Shown: positions 25,146-33,481 of the stretch, one piece after another
Layout of the letters: the number at the start of each line of letters is the position of its first letter
How positions within the stretch are numbered: the first letter of the stretch is position 1
Assembly (NCBI GenBank): GCA_904501965.1
Contig: CAJGCS010000001.1
Coordinates: 1 to 33,481 of the forward strand
Reading direction: 5' to 3'
DNA from: an uncultured Bacilli bacterium
GTDB taxonomy: Bacteria; Bacillota_I; Bacilli_A; ML615J-28; CAG-313
Length of the DNA stretch: 33,481 nt
Translations under genes and position numbers: made by a program
Notes under the pieces: model-generated
Databases searched by the model: none
Told to the model about the DNA's origin: nothing
Seen by the model: only the letters and a program-made list of their open reading frames with translations

Positions 25146-26171
25146 ATGGCTTTAGGTAAAATTAAAGTAGATGACGATCAATTAGCTGGTGTTCAACTGT
25201 CTAAGGCTGAAAAGAAACGCCTTCGTCGTCAAGAAAAGAAATTAAAGAAGTATGGTATTAGAGACGAAAGTAAAATGAATAAAGTAGAAAAATTCTTCTA
25301 CAATATTCAAAAACGTCGTCGTATTAAAAAACGTAAACGTGTTAGCCGAAGCTTTATCGGTGATGCTGCACTATTCTTATTACTATGTGCTTTCGGTGCA
25401 TTCAGTGCTTATCCGCTTGTATATACAATTTTTGCAGCTTTTAAACCACTTGCAGAATTATTTATTTATCCACCTAAACTATTCGTAATGAATCCAACAC
25501 TTGATAACTTCAGTGACTTATCTAACCTTTTATCAGATTCATGGGTACCGTTTAGTAGATATTTATTTAACACAGTATTTATTACACTTGGTGGTACAGT
25601 TGGTCACGTGCTTATTGCATCAATGGCTGCTTATCCACTTGCAAAACACAAATTCCCAGGAAGCGTGTTTATTTTCCAAATGGTTGTTTATTCATTAATG
25701 TTCGCAGGTCAAGTAACAGATACTCCAAGATACATGATTTTCAGTTTCTTAGGATTAGTTGATACTCCGCTTGCAATTATCGTTCCAGCCTTTGCTTATT
25801 CACTTGGTTTATACTTAATGAAGCAGTTTATGAGTGATATTCCAACAGAGCTAATTGAATCAGCTAAGATTGACGGTGCGAATGAATTCCAAATTTATTG
25901 GAAAATCGTTATGCCACTAGTTAAACCAGCATGGTTAACATTAATTATCTTATTATTCCAAAACTTATGGAATACAGATGGTGGTACATTCATTTATAGT
26001 GAAGCTAAGAAACCTTTAAGTTATGCGTTACACCAAATCGTTGCTGGTGGTATCGCAAGAACAGGTACTTCAGCTGCAGTTATGCTAATTATGATGGCAG
26101 TGCCAATTACAGTATTTATCTTGTCACAAAGTCAAATCATTGAAACAATGGCACACTCAGGTATGAAATAG
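25146..26171 (+). CDS. carbohydrate ABC transporter permease (MalG/CUT1-like) with a ~68-aa Arg/Lys-rich N-terminal extension
   Basis: EAA loop ESAKIDGANEFQIYWKIVMPLVKP and 6 TM segments. The N-terminus contains KAEKKRLRRQEKKLKKYG...QKRRRIKKRKRVSRS. It starts 2 nt after the previous stop. Confidence 0.85.
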   Translation: MALGKIKVDDDQLAGVQLSKAEKKRLRRQEKKLKKYGIRDESKMNKVEKFFYNIQKRRRIKKRKRVSRSFIGDAALFLLLCAFGAFSAYPLVYTIFAAFKPLAELFIYPPKLFVMNPTLDNFSDLSNLLSDSWVPFSRYLFNTVFITLGGTVGHVLIASMAAYPLAKHKFPGSVFIFQMVVYSLMFAGQVTDTPRYMIFSFLGLVDTPLAIIVPAFAYSLGLYLMKQFMSDIPTELIESAKIDGANEFQIYWKIVMPLVKPAWLTLIILLFQNLWNTDGGTFIYSEAKKPLSYALHQIVAGGIARTGTSAAVMLIMMAVPITVFILSQSQIIETMAHSGMK

Positions 26172-26189
26172 GAAATAGAGGTTAGAGTT

Positions 26190-29100
26190 ATGAGAAAAAT
26201 GAAAAATTTATTTAAAACATTAACAATCATCGCTTTAGTCTTTGGTTTCTTCTTTGCACCAATCTTTGGTAGTGCTAAAGCAATGAGTTATAACTATGAT
26301 TTCTGGAAAAATATTATTCCTTCTGCTGAAGGTATTGCTCATAAAGATACTTTCTATTCTGAAAATATTGAATATTACAAAAATGATGAATATGAACTTA
26401 AAGTAGAACAATTAAATAAACTATTAGATGATTTATCATTAAGTGATATTAAAGAGGTTGTATCAAAACCTAATTATAAAGAAATCACAGCTGATGATTA
26501 TAACAATGCAATTATTGCAATTGATGCAAAAGACTTAAATGATGAGACAAAAATAAATCTTAAAATCTTAATTAATCTGAAAAAAGAATACGAAGCTGAT
26601 CCAAACTTATATAAATCAATAAGCTTTAATACAATTACTGATATTCAAGTTTATGGAGATTATTTATATGTTTTATCAACTCCTACAGCAATGGACATTT
26701 CAAACGTTACTGGTACTGCAAGAGTTGCAGAACTTACTCAATTAATCATTATCAATAAAGAAATGAAATGGGAAACATGCATTAATGAATTTGAAATTAC
26801 AGAAAATGTAAGAGATTCGTTTGATGATTATTATCAATGGAATAGACTTAGTTTCTCTTCTGTTGCAACTGGTAAAAACCATACAGTTGCTGTAGATACA
26901 TCAGGAAATATTTGGGCATGGGGCTCAAATGAATATGGTCAAATTGGTATTGACCCATCAGTAGAAACTTATGTTGCAGAGCCTAAACAAATCACTTGGA
27001 TAGGTGATAAAAATGCAAGAGCATACACAAAAGTATTTGCTACAGATTACGCAACATTCGCTCTTGATTCAAATAATAATTTATGGGCATTTGGTAAAAA
27101 TGAAAATCATTTAATTTCAGGTGAACAAAATGAAGATTTTTATCAACATGAATTAATTAATATTGAATTAAAAGATACTATTGATGAAAATAACCCAGAA
27201 ACAGAAGTTACTGGTACTGTAAAAGTAGTAAGTGTTGCTGATGACCACATTTTCGTAATTGATAGCGAAAGCCGTGTGTGGGCATGGGGTGACAATAGTG
27301 ATAGATTACTTCAAGTTGAAAAAATTACAGAAGACATTGTTAAATCACCAAAACTTACAACTATTAATTTAACAAGAGAAGATAAATATAATCTTGATTC
27401 AGCAGGTAACCCTACAATAATCAAATTAAAACCAGTTGATATTCAAGCTGGTCAAAACCATACTGTAATTGTTGATGATGAAGCATCACTTTGGGCATGG
27501 GGATCAAATGATTATGGTCAACTTGGTTTAGGAGATTTTGTAAAAAGAACTGTTCCTACATTAGTTGAATTAAAGAAAAATAATGTTAAGGTTGGTGTAG
27601 CTTCAATTGCCGTTGGTCAAAACCATACAGCTCTTGTAGACAAACTTGGTGGTTTATGGGCATTTGGTTCAAATAGTCACTGTCAAATTGGTTTAAGTAC
27701 AGAAGATGGACTTACATTTGCACAACCATATGCATATTTCCATAAAAACATCGAATATACAAAAGTATTTGCTTTTGGAAATACAACATATGCAATTGAT
27801 ATGTCATATCAATCATATGTATTTGGTCAAAATGATCATTATCAATTAGGCTTTGTTGAAGAGGGAAAAGATTCAAGTCAATTACCTTATTCAATTAATC
27901 CAAATAATGTTTCATTAACATTTGTTGCTAACAGTGGTGATGCTACATTCGGTATTGACTCTTCAAATCGTTTATGGATTTGGGGTACAAGTGATACTAA
28001 ATTAGGATTTGGTTCAACAGAAGATATTAAAAATCCTAAATATAGTGACACAAGATTAGAATTAAATAATATTGCTATTGGCCGTTTAGAAAATTCAGAT
28101 ATTTATAAACGTGCAATCTATGTTGCTCATTCAAAAGATGAAACAAAACCTGCAGTTTACTTAAGAAGTGCTGCTGGTATCGCAGTAGATGAAAACTTCA
28201 TTTACATTGCAGACACACAAAATTCAAGAATTTTAAAAATTAATAAACTTACATATGTTGTTGAAGATGTTTGCTTAACTCCAGCAAATACAACATTCAA
28301 ACAATTAAATTTAGACTCAACTGTTCTACAAGCCGTTTCTCTTCGTCAATTTAAACCTACTAAAATTACAGTGTCTCCTACAGGTAGAGTTTATGCAATT
28401 GCAGAACAAGTTTACGAAGGTATTATTGAGTTTAATAAACAAGGTGATTATAACCGTTACTTAGGACAAAACGATGTTGTTGCAAATCCGCTTAAAGAAA
28501 TGCTTCGTGATTATTTAACTGAAGAACAACTTGCATCATTTGCCTTAACACTTCCACCACTATTTACAAGTATTAGTACAGATAGTAAAGGGTTCATTTA
28601 TGCGACATCTTACCCTGATACAGAATCTGGTTCTATTGCTGGTCAAAACATGGTTAAAGCAATTAATACATCTGGTAAAGACTGTATGAAACGTAATGGT
28701 TATGTAGCACCAAATGGTGATGCTGTTTATATTTCATCATCACAAAATTCTAAAGCAATTTTAGGCCCATCATATTTAGTTGACGTTGCAGTTAATAAAG
28801 ATGGTAACTTCACTGTTGTAGATGAAGTAAGAGGTCGTTTATTTACATATGACCTTGATGGTAACTTATTATATATCGCTGGTGATCAACCAGGTGGTAC
28901 AAAACAAAATGCATCAGGTTTATCTGAAAATATTATTAAACCAGTTGCAATTGATTATATGTATCGTACTTATACAAATGCTGATGGCGAAGAAATCAAT
29001 GACCAATTAATCATTGTTGCTGACCAACAATCTAAGAGCTTAATGTATTACGAAACTACAGAATTTGGACGTTTAGTAAATGAAGCTACTGGAGCTTATA

Positions 29101-29495
29101 ACCGTGGTGTTGATACTCGTGAAGAAGCAATTGCGGTTAGAGTTATTTGGGAAGAAGTTCGTCAAAGAAATACTAACTATGAATTAGCATACTTAGGTAT
29201 TGGTAAATGTATTTTAGTTGAAAGTGACTATGTTGAAGGTAAAACTGCAAAAGATATCACAAATGAACAATTAAAACTTTACCAAGAAGCTATGAAAAAC
29301 TTTAGACTTGCTCACTCTGGTACTTATTATTCAAAAGCATTTGGACGTTATCGTGACCAAATCTTAAGTGATAACTTCAGTTGGATTATGACAGCTGCTG
29401 TTATTATTGCAGTTGGTGCCGCAGGATGGTTTGTTTACAAAACTATCAAAGCAAAACAAGCTAAAAAAATTAAAGTGCAAGGAGGAAGTAAGTAA
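26190..29495 (+). CDS. surface protein with a seven-blade RCC1-repeat propeller plus an NHL-like propeller, a signal peptide and a C-terminal TM anchor
   Basis: Signal peptide ...IFGSAKA/MS. Seven RCC1-type blade signatures lie between about 26860 and 28030: WAWGSNEYGQIG, WAFGKNENHLISG, WAWGDNSDRLLQ, WAWGSNDYGQLGLG, WAFGSNSHCQIGL, YVFGQNDHYQLGF and WIWGTSDTKLGFG, several preceded by G(K/Q)NHT(V/A). NHL-like blades lie at about 28170-29060 (AGIAVDENFIYIADTQNSRILKI, PTKITVSPTGRVYAI, VDVAVNKDGNFTVVDEVRGRLFTYDLDGNLL, LIIVADQQSKSLMYY). The C-terminal TM WIMTAAVIIAVGAAGWFVY is followed by KTIKAKQAKKIK. Confidence 0.8.
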   Translation: MRKMKNLFKTLTIIALVFGFFFAPIFGSAKAMSYNYDFWKNIIPSAEGIAHKDTFYSENIEYYKNDEYELKVEQLNKLLDDLSLSDIKEVVSKPNYKEITADDYNNAIIAIDAKDLNDETKINLKILINLKKEYEADPNLYKSISFNTITDIQVYGDYLYVLSTPTAMDISNVTGTARVAELTQLIIINKEMKWETCINEFEITENVRDSFDDYYQWNRLSFSSVATGKNHTVAVDTSGNIWAWGSNEYGQIGIDPSVETYVAEPKQITWIGDKNARAYTKVFATDYATFALDSNNNLWAFGKNENHLISGEQNEDFYQHELINIELKDTIDENNPETEVTGTVKVVSVADDHIFVIDSESRVWAWGDNSDRLLQVEKITEDIVKSPKLTTINLTREDKYNLDSAGNPTIIKLKPVDIQAGQNHTVIVDDEASLWAWGSNDYGQLGLGDFVKRTVPTLVELKKNNVKVGVASIAVGQNHTALVDKLGGLWAFGSNSHCQIGLSTEDGLTFAQPYAYFHKNIEYTKVFAFGNTTYAIDMSYQSYVFGQNDHYQLGFVEEGKDSSQLPYSINPNNVSLTFVANSGDATFGIDSSNRLWIWGTSDTKLGFGSTEDIKNPKYSDTRLELNNIAIGRLENSDIYKRAIYVAHSKDETKPAVYLRSAAGIAVDENFIYIADTQNSRILKINKLTYVVEDVCLTPANTTFKQLNLDSTVLQAVSLRQFKPTKITVSPTGRVYAIAEQVYEGIIEFNKQGDYNRYLGQNDVVANPLKEMLRDYLTEEQLASFALTLPPLFTSISTDSKGFIYATSYPDTESGSIAGQNMVKAINTSGKDCMKRNGYVAPNGDAVYISSSQNSKAILGPSYLVDVAVNKDGNFTVVDEVRGRLFTYDLDGNLLYIAGDQPGGTKQNASGLSENIIKPVAIDYMYRTYTNADGEEINDQLIIVADQQSKSLMYYETTEFGRLVNEATGAYNRGVDTREEAIAVRVIWEEVRQRNTNYELAYLGIGKCILVESDYVEGKTAKDITNEQLKLYQEAMKNFRLAHSGTYYSKAFGRYRDQILSDNFSWIMTAAVIIAVGAAGWFVYKTIKAKQAKKIKVQGGSK

Positions 29496-30265
29496 TGATT
29501 TTAGAAGTTAAAATTATCTTAATTGCTCTTACAATCCTTGCTATTGCTGGTGTTGTTGGGCTAATCGTTGGTCTTGCAACTGGCAAACAAGAACTATGTT
29601 TAAAAATAGCAAAAGCTATTAAAGCAAAAATTGTTCAATTTTATAACGATGTTATTAAATTTCCAATTTACATCATTACACACCCAGTTCAAGGGTTTAA
29701 TGAATTTAAAGTTGAGAAAAAAGGTAAGATGTATGCAGCATTATCAATTCTTGCATTCTACATCTTAGTTCAAATCTTAACACCAAACTATGAAGGTGGA
29801 ACAACAAACGTTGCAAACCCAATGAATTTTAACAGTTTAAAAATTGTTGTATTTGGTGTTGTTCCTGTTATCTTAATCGCAGTTGCTAACTGGAGTATCA
29901 CATCATTATTTGATGGTAAAGGTAAAATGAAAGAAATCTTTATGATGATTTGTTACTGTTACTTCCCATTAGCAGTTTGTGGTTTATTAAGATTAATCGT
30001 TAGTAACTTTGTTACATCAGATGAAGTATTATTCTTAACTATTATTGATATAGTCGGTCTGTTTGGAACGGGTTATATGTTATTTATGGGGCTTGTCGTA
30101 ATTCATGAATACGGAGTATTTAAAACTATTATTTCAGTAATTGGTACTGTTGTTGCAATATTAATTATCTTATTCTTAGCATTATTAATATTCGACCTTG
30201 CTAACCAAGTATTTAGTTTCTTTAGCTCAATATTCAAAGAAATTATGGTAAGATTCATGTCGTAA
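29495..30265 (+). CDS. Yip1-family polytopic membrane protein
   Basis: The start shares one base with the preceding stop (TAATG), and a GGAGGAAG RBS is present. An N-terminal TM is followed by HPVQGFNEFKVEKKGKMYAALSILAFYILVQIL, which matches the HPxxGFxxLKxExKG pattern I associate with bacterial YIP1-family proteins. Four more TM helices follow. Confidence 0.65.
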   Translation: MILEVKIILIALTILAIAGVVGLIVGLATGKQELCLKIAKAIKAKIVQFYNDVIKFPIYIITHPVQGFNEFKVEKKGKMYAALSILAFYILVQILTPNYEGGTTNVANPMNFNSLKIVVFGVVPVILIAVANWSITSLFDGKGKMKEIFMMICYCYFPLAVCGLLRLIVSNFVTSDEVLFLTIIDIVGLFGTGYMLFMGLVVIHEYGVFKTIISVIGTVVAILIILFLALLIFDLANQVFSFFSSIFKEIMVRFMS

Positions 30266-30282
30266 AGGAGGGAGTATCGCAT

Positions 30283-33200
30283 ATGATAGTTATTCTTATT
30301 ACAGCAATTATAATTACAATTGTGGTGCTTCTTGCAAAACGCCGCAATAAAAAACAAAAAGAAGAACAACCAAAAGAAGTTGAAGTAGTTGTTCAAAAAG
30401 ATTCAAAAGAAGTTTTAGACGAAAAAGAATCAATTAAAAAAGCTGAAGAAATTGTAAGAAGAAGAAAAAGATATAATCGTATTCTTAAATTATCTCTTAC
30501 AGTAATCTTACTTGCAGCTATTGAAATTGTTGCTGGTATCTTCTTCTTCGATACATACAAAGCAAACAGTGCTTCATTCCATAATGCTACTTCAAAAGAA
30601 TATTGGAATACTCTTCCTGGTTTTGAACATTATGATAAATTATATGAAAAGTATGTTGAAACTGTAGATATTAATAGTGCTAAATATGTTAGCCCATTTG
30701 ATTATTCAGAGTCTATTTATGTTAACATCAAAAAAGCACGTTATCAAGAAGAATTAGATCTTCTTATAACACCATATAAAAATGAATTAAGAACTACAAA
30801 AGATGAAGATAGAAAACTAGAACTTGAAAAAATCATTGATGAAGCCGACCTTCATAAATCAACTCTTTCTCCTCTTAAAGATTATAAAGTAAAAGAAGCT
30901 TTATCATACAAAAAAGTAGCTGAAAATGATGGTTATGAATTTTGGTTACATATGGGTCTTACAACATTTAAAGTTGTAGACAAAGTAAATGGTACAGTTT
31001 GGTATTCAAATCCAGAAACTTACTCTACTGATAAAGAAGATGCTCAAAAAGACATCTTAAAAATTTGGTACAGTAGAACAGGATCTAATTCAGTAAGTTT
31101 TGGTACATATGATTATTCAACATCAACATCATTTAGAGGAAGTACAAAAGACGTTAATCCAAACTTTGCAGTAAAAGTTATTACTGAAGAAGTGGGCGGA
31201 AAAGATGTATCTACAATTCAAGTATGGTACAAATTAGAAGAACGTGGTGTTAACTGGACATATTTCCCTAAATACATTAGTAAAGCAACATTTGATGCTT
31301 TAGTAGCTGAAAATGCTCGTTTAGTAGCTGAAGGTGCTCAATATGATGATAATGGCACATTAAAAGATGTTACTGACATCACTACTTCAAAATTCGATAA
31401 AAAAGATGCTGTTACAATGGTCGAAAGAGTATTTACAAGTCCTGCAGCTGACTATAAACTTATCTCTAAAGATAGTGTATTAAATCAATTTGGAGAAGAT
31501 TATTATGAATATAATAGTAATCTTGAAAAAATGAATGACTTAGCATTAAACCGTTTATATATGCTTTACACACACTGTGGTTTTACTCTAGATAAATTAG
31601 AAGAAGAAAATGATTATTTCCAATCTATTTCTGATGAAAAAGGATTAGGACTTACAGTAAGTAATGTTACTCATTCAAATGCATCATTTACTGTTGCAAT
31701 TCAATACCAATTAACAGAAGATGGATTAAATGTTACTATTCCAGGTAATTCAATTTCTGAAAATGGTGAAAACTTAGTTGTTTATATCGACTTACTTGAA
31801 TACTTCACTGCTGCTCGAATTACAGAAGATGGTTACACAATTATCCCTGATGGAAGTGGTGCTGTATTAAATCATAATAATGGTAAGACTAATAACCTTC
31901 CATACAATAAGCGATTATATACAACAGACCTTTCAATGACAGAAGAAGTTATGAAAGCTTCTACTGAAGATATCATGTTACCAATGTATGCCGTAGTTAA
32001 TACTACAAGTAAATCAGCTGTTATTGCCGATGTAATCGATGGTGCAGCTCAAATGGAATTATATGCGGACATTTCTGGACGTGGTAATGAAACTCATAAT
32101 AGAAACTACTTTAGAATTCATTATCATGAATCTCAAGTTGTTAAAGTTTCATCTGTAATGCAACCAATTGATAAATATAATAATTTATTCATGAATAACG
32201 ATATTTCAGTTGACTTCCGTTTCTATGGAGCTGATGTTGTTGAAGATGGATATTCTGGTATTGCTCATGCATATCGTGATTTATTAGTTAAACGTTACGG
32301 TATGCAAAACAAAAAAGATACAACTGATGATTTAGTAATCGATATTGATGTTCTTGGTTCTTATAACTTTAAAAACAATGTATTTGGTATTGTTTATAAC
32401 GATAAAGAAACATTAACAACATATGAAGAATTACAAAAGATGATCACTGATATCGAATCAAAACAATTTAAGAATATTAACATATTCTATAAAGGATGGA
32501 GAGATACTACTTTAGTTAATACTTCATTCAAAAATATCAAAGCTTATAATGCCTTAGGTAAATTAAGCAAACTTGCAGAAATTGAAGATATGGAAGGCGT
32601 AAATGTTTATCCTTATATTAATTTCGGTCAAATTAATAAATATCAAGAATCATTTGGTAGCTATCACTACAATACAAGAAACGTAATCGGTGAAATTATT
32701 ACAATCTATCCTTATGACTTACAATCAAATATATGGAATAAGAAAGCTCAAAAGATTAATATTCTTTCTCCTCGTTACTATGAAGCATTTGCTCAATCAC
32801 TTGCAGATAGTTATTCAAGTGTGTTCAAAATTGGTAAGAAAAATGAAGTTCTTACAAATATCTCAGTTGATTCTCTAGGTTCAGTATTAACTGGTGACTA
32901 TCAAAAGAATCAAGAAATGTTTAAGATTAATGCTGTATACGAACAAATTAAGGCTCTAGAAGTTATTAAAAATGCTGGTATCACAAACATTAACTTATAC
33001 AAACCTTATGACTATGCATTCCCTTATGTTTCTAATGCAAAAGAAATCCCTTACGAATCTACACATTATGAAATTCTTAACTATTCAATTCCATTCTATC
33101 AATTAGTTGTAAATGGATTATTCGATTATAGTGGAGAAAGTATTAATGCTAACAGCGAAGAAGGTGTTAAATATCATATCTTAAGAATGTTAGAAACTGG

Positions 33201-33480
33201 TTCAAATGCATCATTCACATTCACTCATGATGGTTCAGAAGTATTATTAAAAACTGATTACAACCAATACTACTATACTGAATATTCATTATGGTTAGAA
33301 GAAGTTGCTAAAGTTTATAATGAAATTTCTTCTACTGGAGTTAGTGGATTAAGACTTGTAAAACATGAATTCATTAAAGAAGGTGTTTCATTAGTAACAT
33401 ATGCTTCAGAAGATGGTGCAAAACAAGTTCAAATCTTAATTAACAATACATTTACAGATTATGTAGACTCAGAAACAGGA
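30283..33480 (+). CDS. large membrane-anchored protein, DUF5696-like (3' end outside the window; not in the supplied ORF track)
   Basis: My manual translation of frame 1 from the ATG at 30283 (AAGGAGGGA RBS 9 nt upstream) is open for 1066 codons to the window end. The N-terminus is TM1 (IVILITAIIITIVVLL), a charged loop (KRRNKKQKEEQPKE...RRRKRYNR), then TM2 (LSLTVILLAAIEIVAGIFFF). A large extracytoplasmic domain follows, with motifs such as YTIIPDGSGAVLN (31843-31863 = IPDGSGA), LPMYAVV and NINLYKPYDYAFPY. The family assignment is from memory of DUF5696 proteins and is unverified. Confidence 0.75.
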   Translation, partial: MIVILITAIIITIVVLLAKRRNKKQKEEQPKEVEVVVQKDSKEVLDEKESIKKAEEIVRRRKRYNRILKLSLTVILLAAIEIVAGIFFFDTYKANSASFHNATSKEYWNTLPGFEHYDKLYEKYVETVDINSAKYVSPFDYSESIYVNIKKARYQEELDLLITPYKNELRTTKDEDRKLELEKIIDEADLHKSTLSPLKDYKVKEALSYKKVAENDGYEFWLHMGLTTFKVVDKVNGTVWYSNPETYSTDKEDAQKDILKIWYSRTGSNSVSFGTYDYSTSTSFRGSTKDVNPNFAVKVITEEVGGKDVSTIQVWYKLEERGVNWTYFPKYISKATFDALVAENARLVAEGAQYDDNGTLKDVTDITTSKFDKKDAVTMVERVFTSPAADYKLISKDSVLNQFGEDYYEYNSNLEKMNDLALNRLYMLYTHCGFTLDKLEEENDYFQSISDEKGLGLTVSNVTHSNASFTVAIQYQLTEDGLNVTIPGNSISENGENLVVYIDLLEYFTAARITEDGYTIIPDGSGAVLNHNNGKTNNLPYNKRLYTTDLSMTEEVMKASTEDIMLPMYAVVNTTSKSAVIADVIDGAAQMELYADISGRGNETHNRNYFRIHYHESQVVKVSSVMQPIDKYNNLFMNNDISVDFRFYGADVVEDGYSGIAHAYRDLLVKRYGMQNKKDTTDDLVIDIDVLGSYNFKNNVFGIVYNDKETLTTYEELQKMITDIESKQFKNINIFYKGWRDTTLVNTSFKNIKAYNALGKLSKLAEIEDMEGVNVYPYINFGQINKYQESFGSYHYNTRNVIGEIITIYPYDLQSNIWNKKAQKINILSPRYYEAFAQSLADSYSSVFKIGKKNEVLTNISVDSLGSVLTGDYQKNQEMFKINAVYEQIKALEVIKNAGITNINLYKPYDYAFPYVSNAKEIPYESTHYEILNYSIPFYQLVVNGLFDYSGESINANSEEGVKYHILRMLETGSNASFTFTHDGSEVLLKTDYNQYYYTEYSLWLEEVAKVYNEISSTGVSGLRLVKHEFIKEGVSLVTYASEDGAKQVQILINNTFTDYVDSETG

Positions 33481-33481
33481 A

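Noticed and set aside
28-30396. Short ORFs in the track that lie antisense to, or frame-shifted inside, long genes. Examples: 28..252-, 2535..2801+, 9371..9595+, 10079..10309-, 11372..11578-, 11948..12160-, 14501..15265- (three ORFs), 15975..16262-, 19230..19433-, 20971..21156+, 22418..22603-, 24823..25005-, 25501..25698+, 27712..27894-, 30103..30396-, 32690..32878+.
   Set aside because: All are fully embedded in much longer ORFs that carry clear family motifs and RBSs. Their translations are low-complexity (Leu/Phe/Ile/His/Gln-rich), as expected from alternative frames of AT-rich coding DNA, and I saw no RBS for any of them.
17936-33481. No ABC ATPase gene in the transporter operon.
   Set aside because: This is not anomalous. 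CUT1-family sugar transporters in Firmicutes commonly use a shared, unlinked MsmK/MsiK-type ATPase. The operon also continues beyond the window.
1-33481. Possibility of a Mollicutes-type genetic code (TGA = Trp), given the very low GC content.
   Set aside because: Trp in conserved motifs is encoded by TGG throughout, and the long ORFs are intact under the standard code. The presence of murC also argues for a walled Firmicute.
1-33481. Search for CRISPR arrays, IS elements/transposases, integrases, prophage genes, tRNA and rRNA.
   Set aside because: I recognised no direct-repeat/spacer arrays, terminal inverted repeats, recombinase motifs or structured RNA genes. The only RNA element found is the T-box leader.

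Overview
The window is low-GC (about 30%) Firmicutes-type chromosomal DNA read with the standard genetic code. Trp is TGG throughout and TGA is not needed as a sense codon. Nearly all genes lie on the + strand and are tightly packed. All family calls come from motif recognition by eye, since no searches were run.

Layout:
1. 3' end of a GH9-like glycosidase, a standalone condensation-domain protein, and two tandem paralogous polytopic membrane proteins on the - strand.
2. Housekeeping genes: murC, a LacI/CcpA-like regulator, and a Tyr T-box leader followed by tyrS.
3. Directly fused to tyrS with no terminator: a block encoding a cytoplasmic beta-lactamase-fold serine hydrolase, a double GNAT, a PIG-L deacetylase, an M19 dipeptidase and three paralogous GHL10 (ex-DUF187) glycosidase-like proteins. 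Two of the GHL10 proteins are secreted and end in an unusual Pro-rich linker + G-C-S-C + TM + basic-tail C-terminal sorting-signal-like module.
4. After a strong terminator and a consensus promoter: a long operon encoding a cytoplasmic GH20 hexosaminidase, a 1332-aa binding protein carrying two CBM-like modules, two ABC permeases with long basic N-terminal extensions, a membrane-anchored RCC1 + NHL-like double beta-propeller protein, a Yip1-family membrane protein, and a >1066-aa DUF5696-like protein that runs off the window end and is absent from the ORF track.

Block 4 is the best candidate for a functionally undescribed system. Block 3 and its C-terminal sorting signal are the second. I saw no rRNA, tRNA, CRISPR array, IS element or phage genes.
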